NCBI GenBank assembly: GCA_963776275.1
Contig: CAVZMI010000021.1
Span: 160,001 to 224,000 of the forward strand
Origin: Ignavibacteriota bacterium
GTDB taxonomy: Bacteria > Bacteroidota > Ignavibacteria > UBA10030 > CAVZMI01
DNA length: 64,000 bases
Direction: 5' to 3'
The notes below the pieces were generated by a model. It saw only the letters and a program-made list of their open reading frames with translations, made no database searches and had not been told where the DNA came from. This document shows positions 11,122-22,372 of the stretch, in pieces (the first letter of the stretch is position 1; each line of letters begins with the position of its first letter). A program made the translations under genes and the position numbers.

Positions 11122-12271
11122 ATGAAAATTATTATAGCCCCCACATCGTTCAAGGGAACGCTCTCATCCCGTCAAACTGCTGCCGTAATGGCTGAAGCGG
11201 CACACGAAATATTTCCTGATGCAGAAATTCTTCCGATCCCTTTATCCGATGGTGGAGAAGGAACGACAGAAACACTGGTAGAGCTCAGTCAGGGGCAATA
11301 TCGCACATCGATTGTAGCTGAACCGGCTTCCCGGGCAGAAAGTCGAAGCCCGATGGGGTGTTTTGGGAGATAAGGAAACAGCCGTGCTCGAGATGGCATC
11401 AGCGGCCGGACTCTCTCTTATCCCATCCTCAAAATGCGATCCAAAAATCACAACGACCTTTGGGGTAGGTCAACTCATCACTCACGCCCTCAACGCCGGC
11501 ATGCGGCAGATAATCCTCGGGCTTGGAGATAGCGGCACAAACGACGGCGGTGCCGGTATCGTCCAGGCTCTCGGTGTACGGCTCCTCGATGCCAATGGAC
11601 ACGAACTTCCCCAAGGGGGCGTTGCTTTGCTTCAACTTGATAAGATCGATGTTTCTAACCTCGATCCAAGGATTCCGAACACCAAAATTATTCTTGCATG
11701 CGACGTGACTAATAACCTATGGGGTCCGGAAGGCGCATCCGTTGTTTTCAGTCCTCAAAAGGGTGCCTCGATGGAAGATGTCGGTATCCTCGATAATGCC
11801 CTTTTTCAGTACGGGTCGATTATTCGCCGCGATCTTGGCATTAATGTGCTGCAACTTCCTGGAAGCGGAGCCGGAGGAGGTGCGGCAGCAGGATTAGTCG
11901 CTTTTTGCAACGCAGAACTCCGCCGCGGGATCGAACTAATTCTGGATGTTGTCAATTTTAACAGTCTTATCGAAAATGCTACAATCGTACTTACCGGCGA
12001 AGGGAAACTCGATTATCAGACTCAATTCGGGAAAGTCATTCATGGGGTCTTGAGTCATACCAACCGGAGAGGAATTCCGACAATCGCAGTTGTTGGGACA
12101 ACCGAAGAAAATCCAGAAGATATTGCCTTGAAGATGCATCTCAATGCAGTTCATCGACTCATCGATGAAGTCGGCGAGACAGATGCCATCAAAGATCCGA
12201 AAGAATCTCTCCGACGAACAACCATCCATGCTTTACAAAAATTTACAAACGATACTCACCTAAAGCTTTGA
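11122..12271 (+). CDS. glxK: Glycerate kinase (GlxK/GarK family), frameshifted near 11325-11335
   Basis: MKIIIAPTSFKGTL, DGGEGT, TTFGVGQ, TNDGGAG, TGEGKLD across two ORFs. Confidence 0.9.
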
Positions 12272-12283
12272 AAGGAGTAAAAA

Positions 12284-13177
12284 ATGGCATTTATTTTCTC
12301 TCTTATGATCGCGGTCATCGCACTTTTCTGGTGGATTGCTGCACGAAAGAAATATTTAGCACAGCGAAATCTTGCTTTCCAAGCAAACACAAGAGTTGCA
12401 CTCGTGGTTTTTGTGCTATCTCTTGTTTTCGCTCTCGTCCAGTGTTTTACGATCATCCCGGCCGGACATGTCGGTGTTGTCGATCTCTTCGGAGTTGTAT
12501 CAAACCGTACACTCCCTGCGGGTATTAACTTCGTAAACCCACTCGCAAACGTTGAGAAGTTTTCGATCCAAACGAAAGAACATAAAGAAACCATGCAAGT
12601 ACTTTCCCGCGAAGGATTGACGATCGGTCTTGAGATCAGCGCATTGTACAGACTCAATCCCGATTCCGCTGCACGTGTCTATCAGACCGTCTCAAATGGA
12701 GATTATGAAAATATTGTATTGATTCCACAATTTCGTTCCATCAGCCGGTCGGTCACGGCAAGTTTTCAAGCCAGCGCGCTCTACTCTACGGAAAGGGAAA
12801 GGCTCGGTATAGCAATTCTGGAAGAACTTGGACGAACGATAGGCCCCCGAGGTGTTATCGTTGAATCAACACCATTGCGCAATGTTGCCCTGCCGACACA
12901 ACTCACAGAGGCAATCGAGCAGAAACAGCGGGCGGATCAGGAAAGTCAGCGGATGGAGTTCATTCTTACGAAGGAACGGCAGGAAGCCGACAGGAAGCGC
13001 ATCGAGGCCAAAGGAATCGCCGACTTCCAAACAATCGTCGCTGCCGGAATCAGTGACCAGTTGTTACGCTGGAAAGGAGTTGAAGCGACAGAAAAACTGG
13101 CAAATTCACCGAATACCAAAGTCATCATCGTCGGCTCAGGAAAGGATGGCCTGCCCGTCATTCTCGACACCAAGTAA
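12284..13177 (+). CDS. SPFH/prohibitin (band 7) membrane protein
   Basis: Two N-terminal TMs, IPAGHVGV, AIEQKQRADQE, EAERKRIEA-type coiled coil, LRWKGVEAT. Confidence 0.92.
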   Translation: MAFIFSLMIAVIALFWWIAARKKYLAQRNLAFQANTRVALVVFVLSLVFALVQCFTIIPAGHVGVVDLFGVVSNRTLPAGINFVNPLANVEKFSIQTKEHKETMQVLSREGLTIGLEISALYRLNPDSAARVYQTVSNGDYENIVLIPQFRSISRSVTASFQASALYSTERERLGIAILEELGRTIGPRGVIVESTPLRNVALPTQLTEAIEQKQRADQESQRMEFILTKERQEADRKRIEAKGIADFQTIVAAGISDQLLRWKGVEATEKLANSPNTKVIIVGSGKDGLPVILDTK

Positions 13178-13227
13178 CTAAAAATCCTGGTGGAGCGACC
13201 TATGAATTCTCGATCCTTTTTGAGAAA

Positions 13228-15989
<2,762 letters not shown>

Positions 15990-16033
15990 CTTTCCCTCCT
16001 TATATTTACCAAACCACCCTTCTTTCCAGTAAT

Positions 16034-17035
16034 TTATGCGAAATGATCATAACCATGTTTATGTACTACATACTTCTTCCCGTCTTCACTATACTGTAAT
16101 CCCTTCCCCTTTTCGAGAATAGTGCCAATCTTTGAGAGAGGACGATTGAACTTTTTTTGAAAGCTATGAGCTATATGTGTATAGTATTCAGGATCAATTG
16201 TAATAAGCAAACAGTAATCTTCTCCGCCGGTAAGAGCAATTTCTTCCGCATTCCAATTGTACCGCTTCGATACTCTTCGAAGCTGTACAGAAAGCGGAAG
16301 CCATTCAATTTGAATATGAGCGCCGCAGGATGAGGCTTCCATAATTCTGCAAATGTCAGAGTCGATCCCATCGGAAACATCCATCATCGCGTGCACTCCA
16401 TCCTGAATTGCAAGCCATGCTCCTTCCATGAGATGTGCTTTCGGCCTCTGATGCCGCTGAACCAGCAGAGCGGTATCCTCTTCCATGCCGATATCCTCGA
16501 GAAGAATTCTCAATCCGCCTCCGGAGTCTCCTATACAATCTGTAACACAAATATAATCGCCATACCGTGCAGTTGAACGGTATTTTATCAGTCGAGTTTC
16601 TTCTAATCCTAGGACAGTCATAGTAACAACGATATGAGCCGGAGATTTCGTAGTATCCCCCCCTAATAATGAAACATTTTCAGACTCGGCGAGTTCACGT
16701 AATCCATTGTAAAAATCATCAAGCCATTCCACTTCAATTTCCCCTGGTATTCCGATCGAGATAAAAGTGCTTGTAGGACTCCCTCCCATTGCGGCAATAT
16801 CGCTGAGATTGACTGCGAGTGTTTTATATCCGAGATCGCGGGGAGAGATTTTTTCTCGGAGAAAATGAATGCCTTCAACAAGCATATCGGTGGTGACAAG
16901 AAGCGAGGTTCCAGAGCCCCAAGGAATAACGGCGCAGTCATCTCCGATCCCCACTATATTTTGAGGAAGATTTTGGGTAAATGGTGGCGAGACTCGTCGA
17001 ATAAATCCAAATTCACCGATTGCTGAGAGTTTCAT
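16034..17035 (-). CDS. thiL: Thiamine-monophosphate kinase
   Basis: GEFGFI, GIGDDCA, NLSDIAAMG, GGDT, DVSDG, GGEDY. Confidence 0.96.
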   Translation of the reverse strand: MKLSAIGEFGFIRRVSPPFTQNLPQNIVGIGDDCAVIPWGSGTSLLVTTDMLVEGIHFLREKISPRDLGYKTLAVNLSDIAAMGGSPTSTFISIGIPGEIEVEWLDDFYNGLRELAESENVSLLGGDTTKSPAHIVVTMTVLGLEETRLIKYRSTARYGDYICVTDCIGDSGGGLRILLEDIGMEEDTALLVQRHQRPKAHLMEGAWLAIQDGVHAMMDVSDGIDSDICRIMEASSCGAHIQIEWLPLSVQLRRVSKRYNWNAEEIALTGGEDYCLLITIDPEYYTHIAHSFQKKFNRPLSKIGTILEKGKGLQYSEDGKKYVVHKHGYDHFA

Positions 17036-17690
17036 CCCCGGCACCTTTCTTTTTTTGTTTCTCCTGTTCAATTATATCCCGGAATTTTCTCGATGTACCC
17101 TCGGGATCAGCGGCGGCACACAGTGCCGAGACGATAGCAAGCCCATCCGCTCCAGCTTCTATCACAGCACCAGAATTTGATAAATTTATTCCACCGATCG
17201 CAACAAGAACGTTACGCGTTTGTAAACGGAGCGCATGCAAACCTTCAATCCCCCACTCGGTGGCCGTATCGGTTTTTGTGGGAGTGGGAAAAATCGGACT
17301 GACTCCCAGATAATTTACATCCAGTTTTTCGGCTTCAACAGCTTGCTCCATCGTCTCAACTGAAAAGCCTATAATTGCATCCGGACCCATCAAATACCGG
17401 GCATCGCGAACGGACATATCCTGCTGACCGATATGCACACCATCCGCACCAGAAGCAAGTGCGACATCAACTCTATCATTAATGATCAGGGGAATTCCAT
17501 GCGAGTGGACAATTTTTTTGACTCTTCGCGCTCGCTCGACGAATTCTCTTGTCGAACATTCCTTCTCACGAAGTTGAACGATCGTTACACCTCCCCGGAC
17601 AGATAATTCTACAACTTCTTCGACAGTTCGTGGAAGCGAAATCCGGCTATCTGTCACAAGATAGAGACTATAATCAACTATGCGCCTCAT
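17013..17690 (-). CDS. thiE: Thiamine-phosphate synthase
   Basis: LYLVTD, QLREK, INDRVD, GVHIGQQD, TPTK, AIGGI; ATGA overlap with thiM. Confidence 0.96.
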   Translation of the reverse strand: MRRIVDYSLYLVTDSRISLPRTVEEVVELSVRGGVTIVQLREKECSTREFVERARRVKKIVHSHGIPLIINDRVDVALASGADGVHIGQQDMSVRDARYLMGPDAIIGFSVETMEQAVEAEKLDVNYLGVSPIFPTPTKTDTATEWGIEGLHALRLQTRNVLVAIGGINLSNSGAVIEAGADGLAIVSALCAAADPEGTSRKFRDIIEQEKQKKKGAGDETLSNR

Positions 17691-18490
17691 GACCATTCTA
17701 TTTTCAAGCGCTGGTGAATATCCGATTCTGTCAATTGATATAATGCATCGAGAATGTGTAATTGAAGAGATCCCGGACCTCTTGAATGTTCCGCAGCGAT
17801 CTCGCCGGCAATACCGATTATAACCATTGCATGGGCGGCAGCGGCCAACGGTGATGGATTCACTGCTGCAAATGCGCCGGTCAGCGCCGAAGCCGTACAG
17901 CCAAGACCGGTCACCCTTGGCATCATGGGATGGCCGTTCGATACACGGATGATTTTTTCGTTCTGGACAATAATATCTACTGCACCACTCACACTGACGG
18001 CACAGCCATAGCGTTGCGAAAGTATCCTAGATGCGTCAAGCGCCTCTTCAGAGCCATGCCTGCTGTCGACCCCCTTGGTCAACCCTTCGGCATGATAGAG
18101 TGCACGGATCTCAGACGCATTCCCACGGATAATCGTTGGCGGGGCTTCCTTCAAGAGTCTATGAGCAGTCTCGGTCCGAAAACGAGTCGCACCGGCACCG
18201 ACAGGATCCAGGATTATTGGAACATTACGGTCCTTCGCTGCGTGGACTGCTTTTATCATTGAATCGATCCATAGTCGACTCAAAGTACCAATATTAATGA
18301 CAACCGCTCGTGCGATTCCAACCATATCTTCAACCTCGTCAATTGCATGTGCCATCACGGGCGATGCACCGAGAGCGAGTAGAGCATTTGCTGTTGTATT
18401 CATCACCACGTAGTTGGTGATGTTATGAACAAGCGGCGCCTCTTCACGGATTTTCTGTACGTCCTGCCAGACTGCTTTTGCATCGGTCAT
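17687..18490 (-). CDS. thiM: Hydroxyethylthiazole kinase
   Basis: PLVHNITNYV, GASPVMA, NIGTL, DPVGAG, RGNASEI, TGLGC. Confidence 0.96.
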   Translation of the reverse strand: MTDAKAVWQDVQKIREEAPLVHNITNYVVMNTTANALLALGASPVMAHAIDEVEDMVGIARAVVINIGTLSRLWIDSMIKAVHAAKDRNVPIILDPVGAGATRFRTETAHRLLKEAPPTIIRGNASEIRALYHAEGLTKGVDSRHGSEEALDASRILSQRYGCAVSVSGAVDIIVQNEKIIRVSNGHPMMPRVTGLGCTASALTGAFAAVNPSPLAAAAHAMVIIGIAGEIAAEHSRGPGSLQLHILDALYQLTESDIHQRLKIEWS

Positions 18491-18518
18491 ACAACCTCTC
18501 CATTGATAGTATAGAACA

Positions 18519-18572
18519 CAATCGCCGTTTCCCTGACATCATACCAGCGATCTGTCAGAAAAACGGCGATTG
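18519..18572 (-). promoter_or_regulatory. Riboswitch expression-platform hairpin
   Basis: Perfect 12-bp inverted repeat CAATCGCCGTTT (18519-18530) / AAACGGCGATTG (18561-18572) between the aptamer and thiM. Confidence 0.75.
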
Positions 18573-18579
18573 AAAAAAT

Positions 18580-18662
18580 TTTAGTTTCCCTACGCTGGTA
18601 TTACCCAGATCAGGTCGAGGGTGTGTTCTCAGCATCCGCATTTTACGGAGCACCCCTAACGA
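18580..18662 (-). ncRNA. TPP (THI-box) riboswitch
   Basis: Minus strand reads AGGGGTGC...GCTGAGA...ACCCTCGACCTGATCTGGGTAATACCAGCGTAGGGAA, the canonical aptamer, directly upstream of thiM. Confidence 0.96.
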
Positions 18663-18668
18663 TGAGTA

Positions 18669-18697
18669 AATATAATAAAAAGATGAAGAGAAAGCAA
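18669..18697 (-). promoter_or_regulatory. sigma70-type promoter for the thi operon
   Basis: TTGCTT-N17-TATATT immediately upstream of the riboswitch. Confidence 0.65.
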
Positions 18698-18757
18698 GAT
18701 TGTTTGAAATCATCCGTGAATTTCGTACATTTTAAATAATGGAAAAGGAGTTGTTCT

Positions 18758-19471
18758 ATGCGGCTTGCAATTAACATCGACCATATTGCCACACTTCGAG
18801 AGGCACGCGGCGGAGTCGAACCCGATCCGGTTGCAGCAGCAGCTATCTGTGAGATTGCCGGAGCCGAGGGGATTGTGTGTCACCTGCGTGAAGACCGGCG
18901 TCATATCAATGATCGTGACGTGCGATTGCTCCGGGAAACGGTGAAAACAAAACTCGATCTCGAAATGGCCGCCACCGACGAGATCATAGGCATTGCGATC
19001 GATATACTCCCGGATCTGGTAACTCTGGTTCCTGAACACCGACAGGAACTGACAACCGAAGGGGGAATCGACGTTGTTGCCCAGCGTGATTTCTATGGCG
19101 ATGTCATAAAAGAGTTTCACGGACATGAAATCCCGGTGAGTCTTTTTATCGAGCCGGAGCAGGATCAAATCGAAACCGCTGCAGCAATCGAGACAGACAT
19201 GATAGAAATTCACACGGGACAATATGCCAATGCCGTGAATGATGAAGAAATACGAGAACATCTCGAGAAAATCAGAATGGCGGCAGCTCTAGGAAAAAAA
19301 TTTCAACTGGATGTAAACGCGGGACATGGATTAAATTATGTGAACATCATCCCTCTTAGACAAATCCATGATATTGACGAAGTGAGCATAGGTCATGCCG
19401 TCATTTCGCGAGCCGTTCTAAGCGGCCTCGAGACTGCTGTCCGCGACATGGTGACGCTTGTCCGCGGATGA
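18758..19471 (+). CDS. pdxJ: Pyridoxine 5'-phosphate synthase
   Basis: NIDHIATLR, HLREDRRHI, ELTTEGG, EIHTG, NAGHGL, IGH. Confidence 0.97.
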   Translation: MRLAINIDHIATLREARGGVEPDPVAAAAICEIAGAEGIVCHLREDRRHINDRDVRLLRETVKTKLDLEMAATDEIIGIAIDILPDLVTLVPEHRQELTTEGGIDVVAQRDFYGDVIKEFHGHEIPVSLFIEPEQDQIETAAAIETDMIEIHTGQYANAVNDEEIREHLEKIRMAAALGKKFQLDVNAGHGLNYVNIIPLRQIHDIDEVSIGHAVISRAVLSGLETAVRDMVTLVRG

Positions 19472-19486
19472 ATACGAAGCATCGAA

Positions 19487-19966
19487 TCATTTTATTTCAT
19501 AATAACCTGTCATCACCGCTTCAGCAATGATTTTCCCTTTCAAAGCAGCCTGGAATTGAGACAGATTTGTCCTCACAGGAAGATTCAACGATTCGATATT
19601 CAGTGCATACAACGTCGCGACGTATGGATGAACACCCGATCCGGGCGGCGGTGATGGACCACCGTAACCGATTTCGTTATAGGTGGACATCAATTCTTTT
19701 GCACCCGAGGGAAGGCTGTTTGTTCGTGAAGCACCCTCAACGATCTTCCCTTCCTGTCGATTAATATTAATAATTAACCAGTGCACCCAGTTTCTTGCGA
19801 CCGGGTGGGGATCGACGAGCGAAAAGGCGAAGGATTTTGTTTCAGGCGGAGAACCGGCCCAGGAAAATCCGGGTGAAACATTTTTTCCACCGGTAACGGT
19901 GTGGTGGGTAAATCGGGTCGGTATTGAATCCTTGTCTTTGTACGAAAGACCTGTGAGCGTAAGCAT
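19487..19966 (-). CDS. YbhB/YbcL (PEBP/Raf kinase inhibitor-like) protein
   Basis: NVSPGFSW, DPHP...WVHW, YGGPSPPPG, HPY...YAL; AGGAGG SD. Confidence 0.9.
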   Translation of the reverse strand: MLTLTGLSYKDKDSIPTRFTHHTVTGGKNVSPGFSWAGSPPETKSFAFSLVDPHPVARNWVHWLIININRQEGKIVEGASRTNSLPSGAKELMSTYNEIGYGGPSPPPGSGVHPYVATLYALNIESLNLPVRTNLSQFQAALKGKIIAEAVMTGYYEIK

Positions 19967-20201
19967 AGAGACCTCCTACTACCGGATCAATTTAATAATA
20001 TATTTTATTTGTAAGAATCCGCTGGAATGGCATCCCATCACTCTTTTCTCTTTCGGGCTCCATAACCTGTGACGGTGCCGTATGTTTCTTCCATTATCAC
20101 CTGATATGACATGGGACAAGAGTGCTTATAACTCGGGCTCACGAGGAATATACTGAATTTCGAGATATGAAGTCAAATATCAGGAAGTAAAAGAGACGAG
20201 T

Positions 20202-20254
20202 AAAAAAGGCTGCCCGAAATAATCATCTTACAATGAGTCATATTTCAGACAGCC
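20202..20254 (-). terminator. Intrinsic terminator after the 20277-20771 gene
   Basis: Minus strand GGCTGTCTGAAATA...TATTTCGGGCAGCC (14 bp, two G-U pairs) followed by T6. Confidence 0.8.
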
Positions 20255-20276
20255 GATCTATTATTAATGGAACGTG

Positions 20277-20771
20277 TTACCATAATGCCAATAACACTGT
20301 TTTCTGAATGGTATTCACTGCCACTTGTGTTTTTTCAAGCTGACGAGTGTACGTAAACCAGGAACACAGTTTCTTGACTTTTTGGTTAACGGAATATTTC
20401 GCCATCCCCGCAATAGCAAAATCACCACGATCGCTCTTTAAATCATATAGTGCCAGTATTGCACACAGACGCGATCGAGTATCGGCGGTTTCAGATTTTA
20501 CTATACGCATTAAAGGGATAATAGAACGAGAAAAGGAAAAACCGGGGTTATATGCTTTTAACTCACGGAGTGTATGAGCCGCGGATGACTCGATGCCGGG
20601 ATAACCGCTTTGAAGAGCGATTATAATATTCGTCTCAATCTGATACAACTTCGCATCAGTGAAATAGGGACTGTGGAGTACTTTGTCTTGTGCCATTGCA
20701 GAAGCTGCAATCAACACAAATCCGATAAGCACCATTACTATAGAGCTGAGAATGTGTTTACGATTTTCCAT
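20277..20771 (-). CDS. Secreted hypothetical protein (helical, possibly HEAT-like)
   Basis: GGAGGAG SD, signal peptide ending ASAMA-QD, terminator downstream; function not recognised. Confidence 0.75.
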   Translation of the reverse strand: MENRKHILSSIVMVLIGFVLIAASAMAQDKVLHSPYFTDAKLYQIETNIIIALQSGYPGIESSAAHTLRELKAYNPGFSFSRSIIPLMRIVKSETADTRSRLCAILALYDLKSDRGDFAIAGMAKYSVNQKVKKLCSWFTYTRQLEKTQVAVNTIQKTVLLALW

Positions 20772-20862
20772 GGTTGACTCCTCCAAATTATCTTTGGATC
20801 TTTTGTTATTTTCGATACTACGATTCAGTGGGACCTCTTTTGAACAACACTCTACGTTGCGT

Positions 20863-20888
20863 TACGTAGTACTGTAAAAAAAGTTACA
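20863..20888 (-). promoter_or_regulatory. Putative ECF sigma factor promoter
   Basis: TGTAAC-TTTTTTTACAGTACTA(16)-CGTA; matches the motif at 22285-22310. Confidence 0.6.
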
Positions 20889-20959
20889 CTCGTGATACTT
20901 CTTGCAACTCACATTCCTCCTCGATATCTTTGGATGGAACAGCCGAGGCAGGTTATTCT

Positions 20960-21925
20960 ATGAAACAACCGGTAATCTGGATTATTTTGTGTGTCTTTTC
21001 TATAGCATGTTTTTTTTCATGCAATGGAAAAGGGAAACAGTCAGCATCTCAGGATCGAAGGTTCACGGTGGGCATTTGCGTTGCACAGGAAACCGAGGCA
21101 ACCCGAGAAATGCATCGGGCTATTGATGAACGTGCTGTAGATGATGATGCAAATATCCTCTGGGCGTCAGCCGAACAGAATGAAGCGACGCAAGAACAAA
21201 TATTCAAAGAATTCTTTGATAAAGGAGCCAAAGGGATAATTTTTGAACCCGTCAATCAGTTGACGGCTGGATTGCTGATCGATGATGCAATCAGCCGGGG
21301 GATATCGGTTGCCGGTATTGGTGCACTACCGGAGGCAAAACAGGTAGGAGTTTTTATCATGCCTGATTTCGAAAACGCTGCAGAAAAGTTGGTTCGCGGT
21401 GTTGTCGAAAGACAACGCAAACAGGGACGGATTCTTATTCTGACGGCTGAAATCCTAGATTCACAGGAAGTCACTCTGCTTCGCTCAATGCTTAAGAACC
21501 TAAGGGAGAATGGATCGGAGTATCAGGCCTTTGGTCTTTCCACTGATTCGGGCACTGTTCGCCGGGCTATGAACAGCATTCTGTTTTCTCCTTCACCGCC
21601 TACAGCCGTCATAGCAACACACGCTTTATACATCCTCATTGCAAGTGATCTATTCCGGCTAGGACTGGTTTCACCGCGTCCGATTCTTGCTTGCTATAGT
21701 GAAGAGCGAAGAGCCCGGGATGCCCTTCAAAACGGTCTCATTGATATCGTCGTCGATCCTCAACCGGCAGAAATTGGCACCACGGCTCTATCCAGCATTG
21801 TTCGTCTTATAAAACGGCTCCCTCTGGAAACTCACTCAAAAGCAATTCGGAGTGGACAATTGCCGATCCCGATAATAAAAACACCCGTACAGATTAGTTA
21901 CTCCCAACATATCTCTCGTCACTAG
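20960..21925 (+). CDS. Periplasmic sugar-binding-protein-like lipoprotein (type 1 PBP fold, divergent)
   Basis: Lipobox-like FFSC; Q...KGAKGIIFEP, DFENAA, VDPQPAEIG resemble RbsB/XylF-type proteins. Confidence 0.7.
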   Translation: MKQPVIWIILCVFSIACFFSCNGKGKQSASQDRRFTVGICVAQETEATREMHRAIDERAVDDDANILWASAEQNEATQEQIFKEFFDKGAKGIIFEPVNQLTAGLLIDDAISRGISVAGIGALPEAKQVGVFIMPDFENAAEKLVRGVVERQRKQGRILILTAEILDSQEVTLLRSMLKNLRENGSEYQAFGLSTDSGTVRRAMNSILFSPSPPTAVIATHALYILIASDLFRLGLVSPRPILACYSEERRARDALQNGLIDIVVDPQPAEIGTTALSSIVRLIKRLPLETHSKAIRSGQLPIPIIKTPVQISYSQHISRH

Positions 21926-22138
21926 TGTCTCGATTCAAAAATAACTTGAATAATTCGGAGCGCCATATAATGCTATTCCATTCGGTTTCCGTCAGTTTTA
22001 ATCCAATAAATTCTCACCGTTACAATCATATAATTATAATTCTAAATGAATTTAATAGTTGGAACGGTACTGTGCCCTGTTTTCTGTAAGAATTAATGGT
22101 TGTCGGGGCACTAGTCAAGTTATTTTTGGTACTCGACA
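21926..22138. mobile_element. 213-bp non-autonomous MITE-like element flanked by CTAG
   Basis: 24-bp terminal inverted repeats at 21926-21949 and 22115-22138 (19/24 identical); CTAG at 21922-21925 and 22139-22142. Confidence 0.7.
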
Positions 22139-22241
22139 CTAGTACCGCTCCAACCATCATTTTAAAAATTCTATATGGTTATATAGGTCGGACCGTGTAC
22201 TGTGCCCTTTTAATAATAAGAAATAGTTGTAAGGGCACTAG
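22016..22241. repeat. Two diverged copies of a ~98-bp twin-hairpin unit (22016-22114, 22144-22241)
   Basis: Both copies read ACCG..CAA.CAT...AATTCTA.ATG...ATAG...GTACTGTGCCCT-N8-TAAGAA...GTTGT..GGGCACTAG. Confidence 0.8.
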
Positions 22242-22284
22242 AAATCGAAATTCCCACTTAGAAATCTCATTTCCCCTGGCGATA

Positions 22285-22310
22285 CGTAACTTTTTCACTA
22301 ATACACCGTA
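22285..22310 (+). promoter_or_regulatory. Putative ECF sigma factor promoter
   Basis: CGTAAC-TTTTTCACTAATACAC(16)-CGTA, about 60 nt before the ATG at 22373. Confidence 0.6.
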
Positions 22311-22372
22311 TCTATTTTTGAGTGTTCGTTTCAAGTCAATTCAATTTTAAGCCTTAAAACAGGAGGTGAATT

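Noticed and set aside
1351-13221. Shared 14-mer TCTCGATCCTTTTT near 1351 and 13207
   Set aside because: Matches of this length are expected by chance in 64 kb, and the flanks differ.
21955-22050. dif-like site (GCGCCATATAATG; CATATAATTATAATT)
   Set aside because: No XerD arm (TTATGTTAAA-like) at the right spacing; the region is simply AT-rich.
22016-22241. Degenerate CRISPR array or integron attC sites
   Set aside because: Only two diverged units whose loops are homologous rather than unique spacers; no cas or intI gene; the RYYYAAC...GTTRRRY order is not met.
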